The notes under the pieces were generated by a model, which was given only the letters and a program-made list of their open reading frames with translations, made no database searches and was not told the DNA's origin. Below, one piece after another: positions 62,815 to 64,000 of a stretch of 64,000 nt of DNA. The position numbers and the translations under genes are program-made. This stretch comes from Macrostomum lignano (lineage: Eukaryota), in NCBI GenBank assembly GCA_002269645.1, contig NIVC01001264.1:124001-188000 (forward strand). The letters run 5' to 3'. Each line of letters begins with the position of its first letter. The first letter of the stretch is position 1.

Positions 62815-64000
62815 CTTCGAATCTGCAACGGCTCAGAGGAGCGCAAGAAGCTCCTTCCAGCTTCTGGCCTGACCTTGGCGGACCTTTGCATCAAAGGTTG
62901 TTTAAAATTGGACATTGCAGATGTTGAAAATGTTCGCATTGTCACTTCTGACGGTTTCGAAATCGACGACGATGATTTAATATCGGAGGTGGCAAAGGAA
63001 TGTAGAACTGTGTACTTCCTTCTTTCTGGAGAGTTGCTTCCAAGCTGCGGTGCATGCCCTGTAGAACCTTCAACTACACCAAAGCAGCAAAGCGAAATAC
63101 GCAATGTCGAGATTGCCACAACACCGAGTCGAGGCACACAGGCTCTGAGTCCAAATCCAGCTGTAGCAGCTACGGCTGCAACTACACTTCCATGGCCCGA
63201 AGTGTACTCGCTTCCACGAATGGACGATCTCGCCAACGCCCTTCGTGATCTACGAATGCACCCCGAAAAGGGTTCCGATTTAAAAATGAATGCGACGTTT
63301 GTCAACAAGTTCCTTAAATTCATCGTCGATCACATCTGTTTGAACTATCTGTCGCCAAATGAACCATACCTGTCATCTAGCCAGATAACAGATGTGTGCA
63401 CTTCCATAGTAACTTCGTATCCTGGACTGAAGGACACCTCATTAAGTGGGAGCTCAAGCTTTTGGCGCCAAAAGCTTATTCGGCGTTTCAAAGAGCTCCG
63501 GTTCGTTGGCGACTTTGTCGACAAGAGCAGCCCAACGGTTCAGGAGATGCAACGGAAGCATGGTCGACTTGGTCATCGGCGTATAATTCTACCAAATGCT
63601 GCTGCAGCTGCTGCAGGCCCAAGTGCGGTTACTGTGAGCCAAAGGCATAAACGGCAGTACAAGGAAGTTGAAGGCCAGGAAGATGATGACGACAATGAAA
63701 TTATAGCTTCACGTGCTAAAAGAGCCAACAAGCAGCGTATCAACGACGACGAAGATCTGATCGAAGAAGAAGGCGATGATGATAGTGATGCAGACGATGC
63801 TGGCAGTGCAATGGCGAAGAGCGTTGACTTCGGCGAGTTCGATACCGATGTACCACCGTCACACGAAGCTCGTCGAACGAGATTGAACGAGACTCATCAT
63901 GACTCTTCAATATCAGACGTTCTCAACGAAATGCAGGCTCTGTTTCCGATTCGAATATTGCGGTGCCAAGATTTGACGGTTAGTGACGAAATTGCCTTAT
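62815..64000 (+). CDS. Partial gene (>395 codons, open to the window edge): CIDE-N-like N-terminal domain, central helical domain and acidic tract; probable accessory gene of the CACTA element
   Basis: Hand translation after acceptor CATTTCAG (62814) shows no stop up to 64000: LRICNGSEERKKLLPASGLTLADLCIKGCLKLDIADVENVRIVTSDGFEIDDDDLISEV...; absent from the ORF track, probably because it runs off the edge. Confidence 0.8.

Larger units (their letters stand above)
58772..64000 (+). mobile_element. CMC/EnSpm (CACTA-superfamily) DNA transposon, left part; right end outside the window
   Basis: Starts CACTGTAAA; subterminal palindromic repeats GGACCTTCA-N4-TGAAGG at 58818-58859; transposase downstream. 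Inclusion of 62815-64000 in the element is inferred. Confidence 0.75.

Overview
Eukaryotic (animal) genomic DNA with GT-AG introns and GC-balanced exons. Almost every long intron or intergenic gap is filled by its own micro- or minisatellite. The architecture is reminiscent of the flatworm Macrostomum (inference only). I assembled spliced genes by hand, checking phase at every junction: the 3' part of gephyrin/MoeA (+), then a run of minus-strand genes: a secreted EGF-domain protein, an 18-exon TPC3-type two-pore channel, an orphan 290-aa ORF, VPS11, EXOSC9/Rrp45, STOML2 and SMARCAL1. Mobile DNA comprises a decayed mariner, two LINE remnants, CORE-type SINE copies, a hAT-like MITE, a 1034-bp solo LTR with a 4-bp TSD, and the left part of a CMC/EnSpm (CACTA) transposon running off the right edge. 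The CACTA region holds a frameshifted zinc-finger transposase and a second, uninterrupted >395-codon frame (missed by the ORF track) with a CIDE-N-like N-terminus. Other highlights are a 62-bp hairpin downstream of gephyrin whose arm differences are nearly all G-U compatible, and two canonical PIP boxes in the SMARCAL1 tail. Most long ORFs in the supplied track are translations of tandem repeats. Family assignments come from motif recognition, not database searches.
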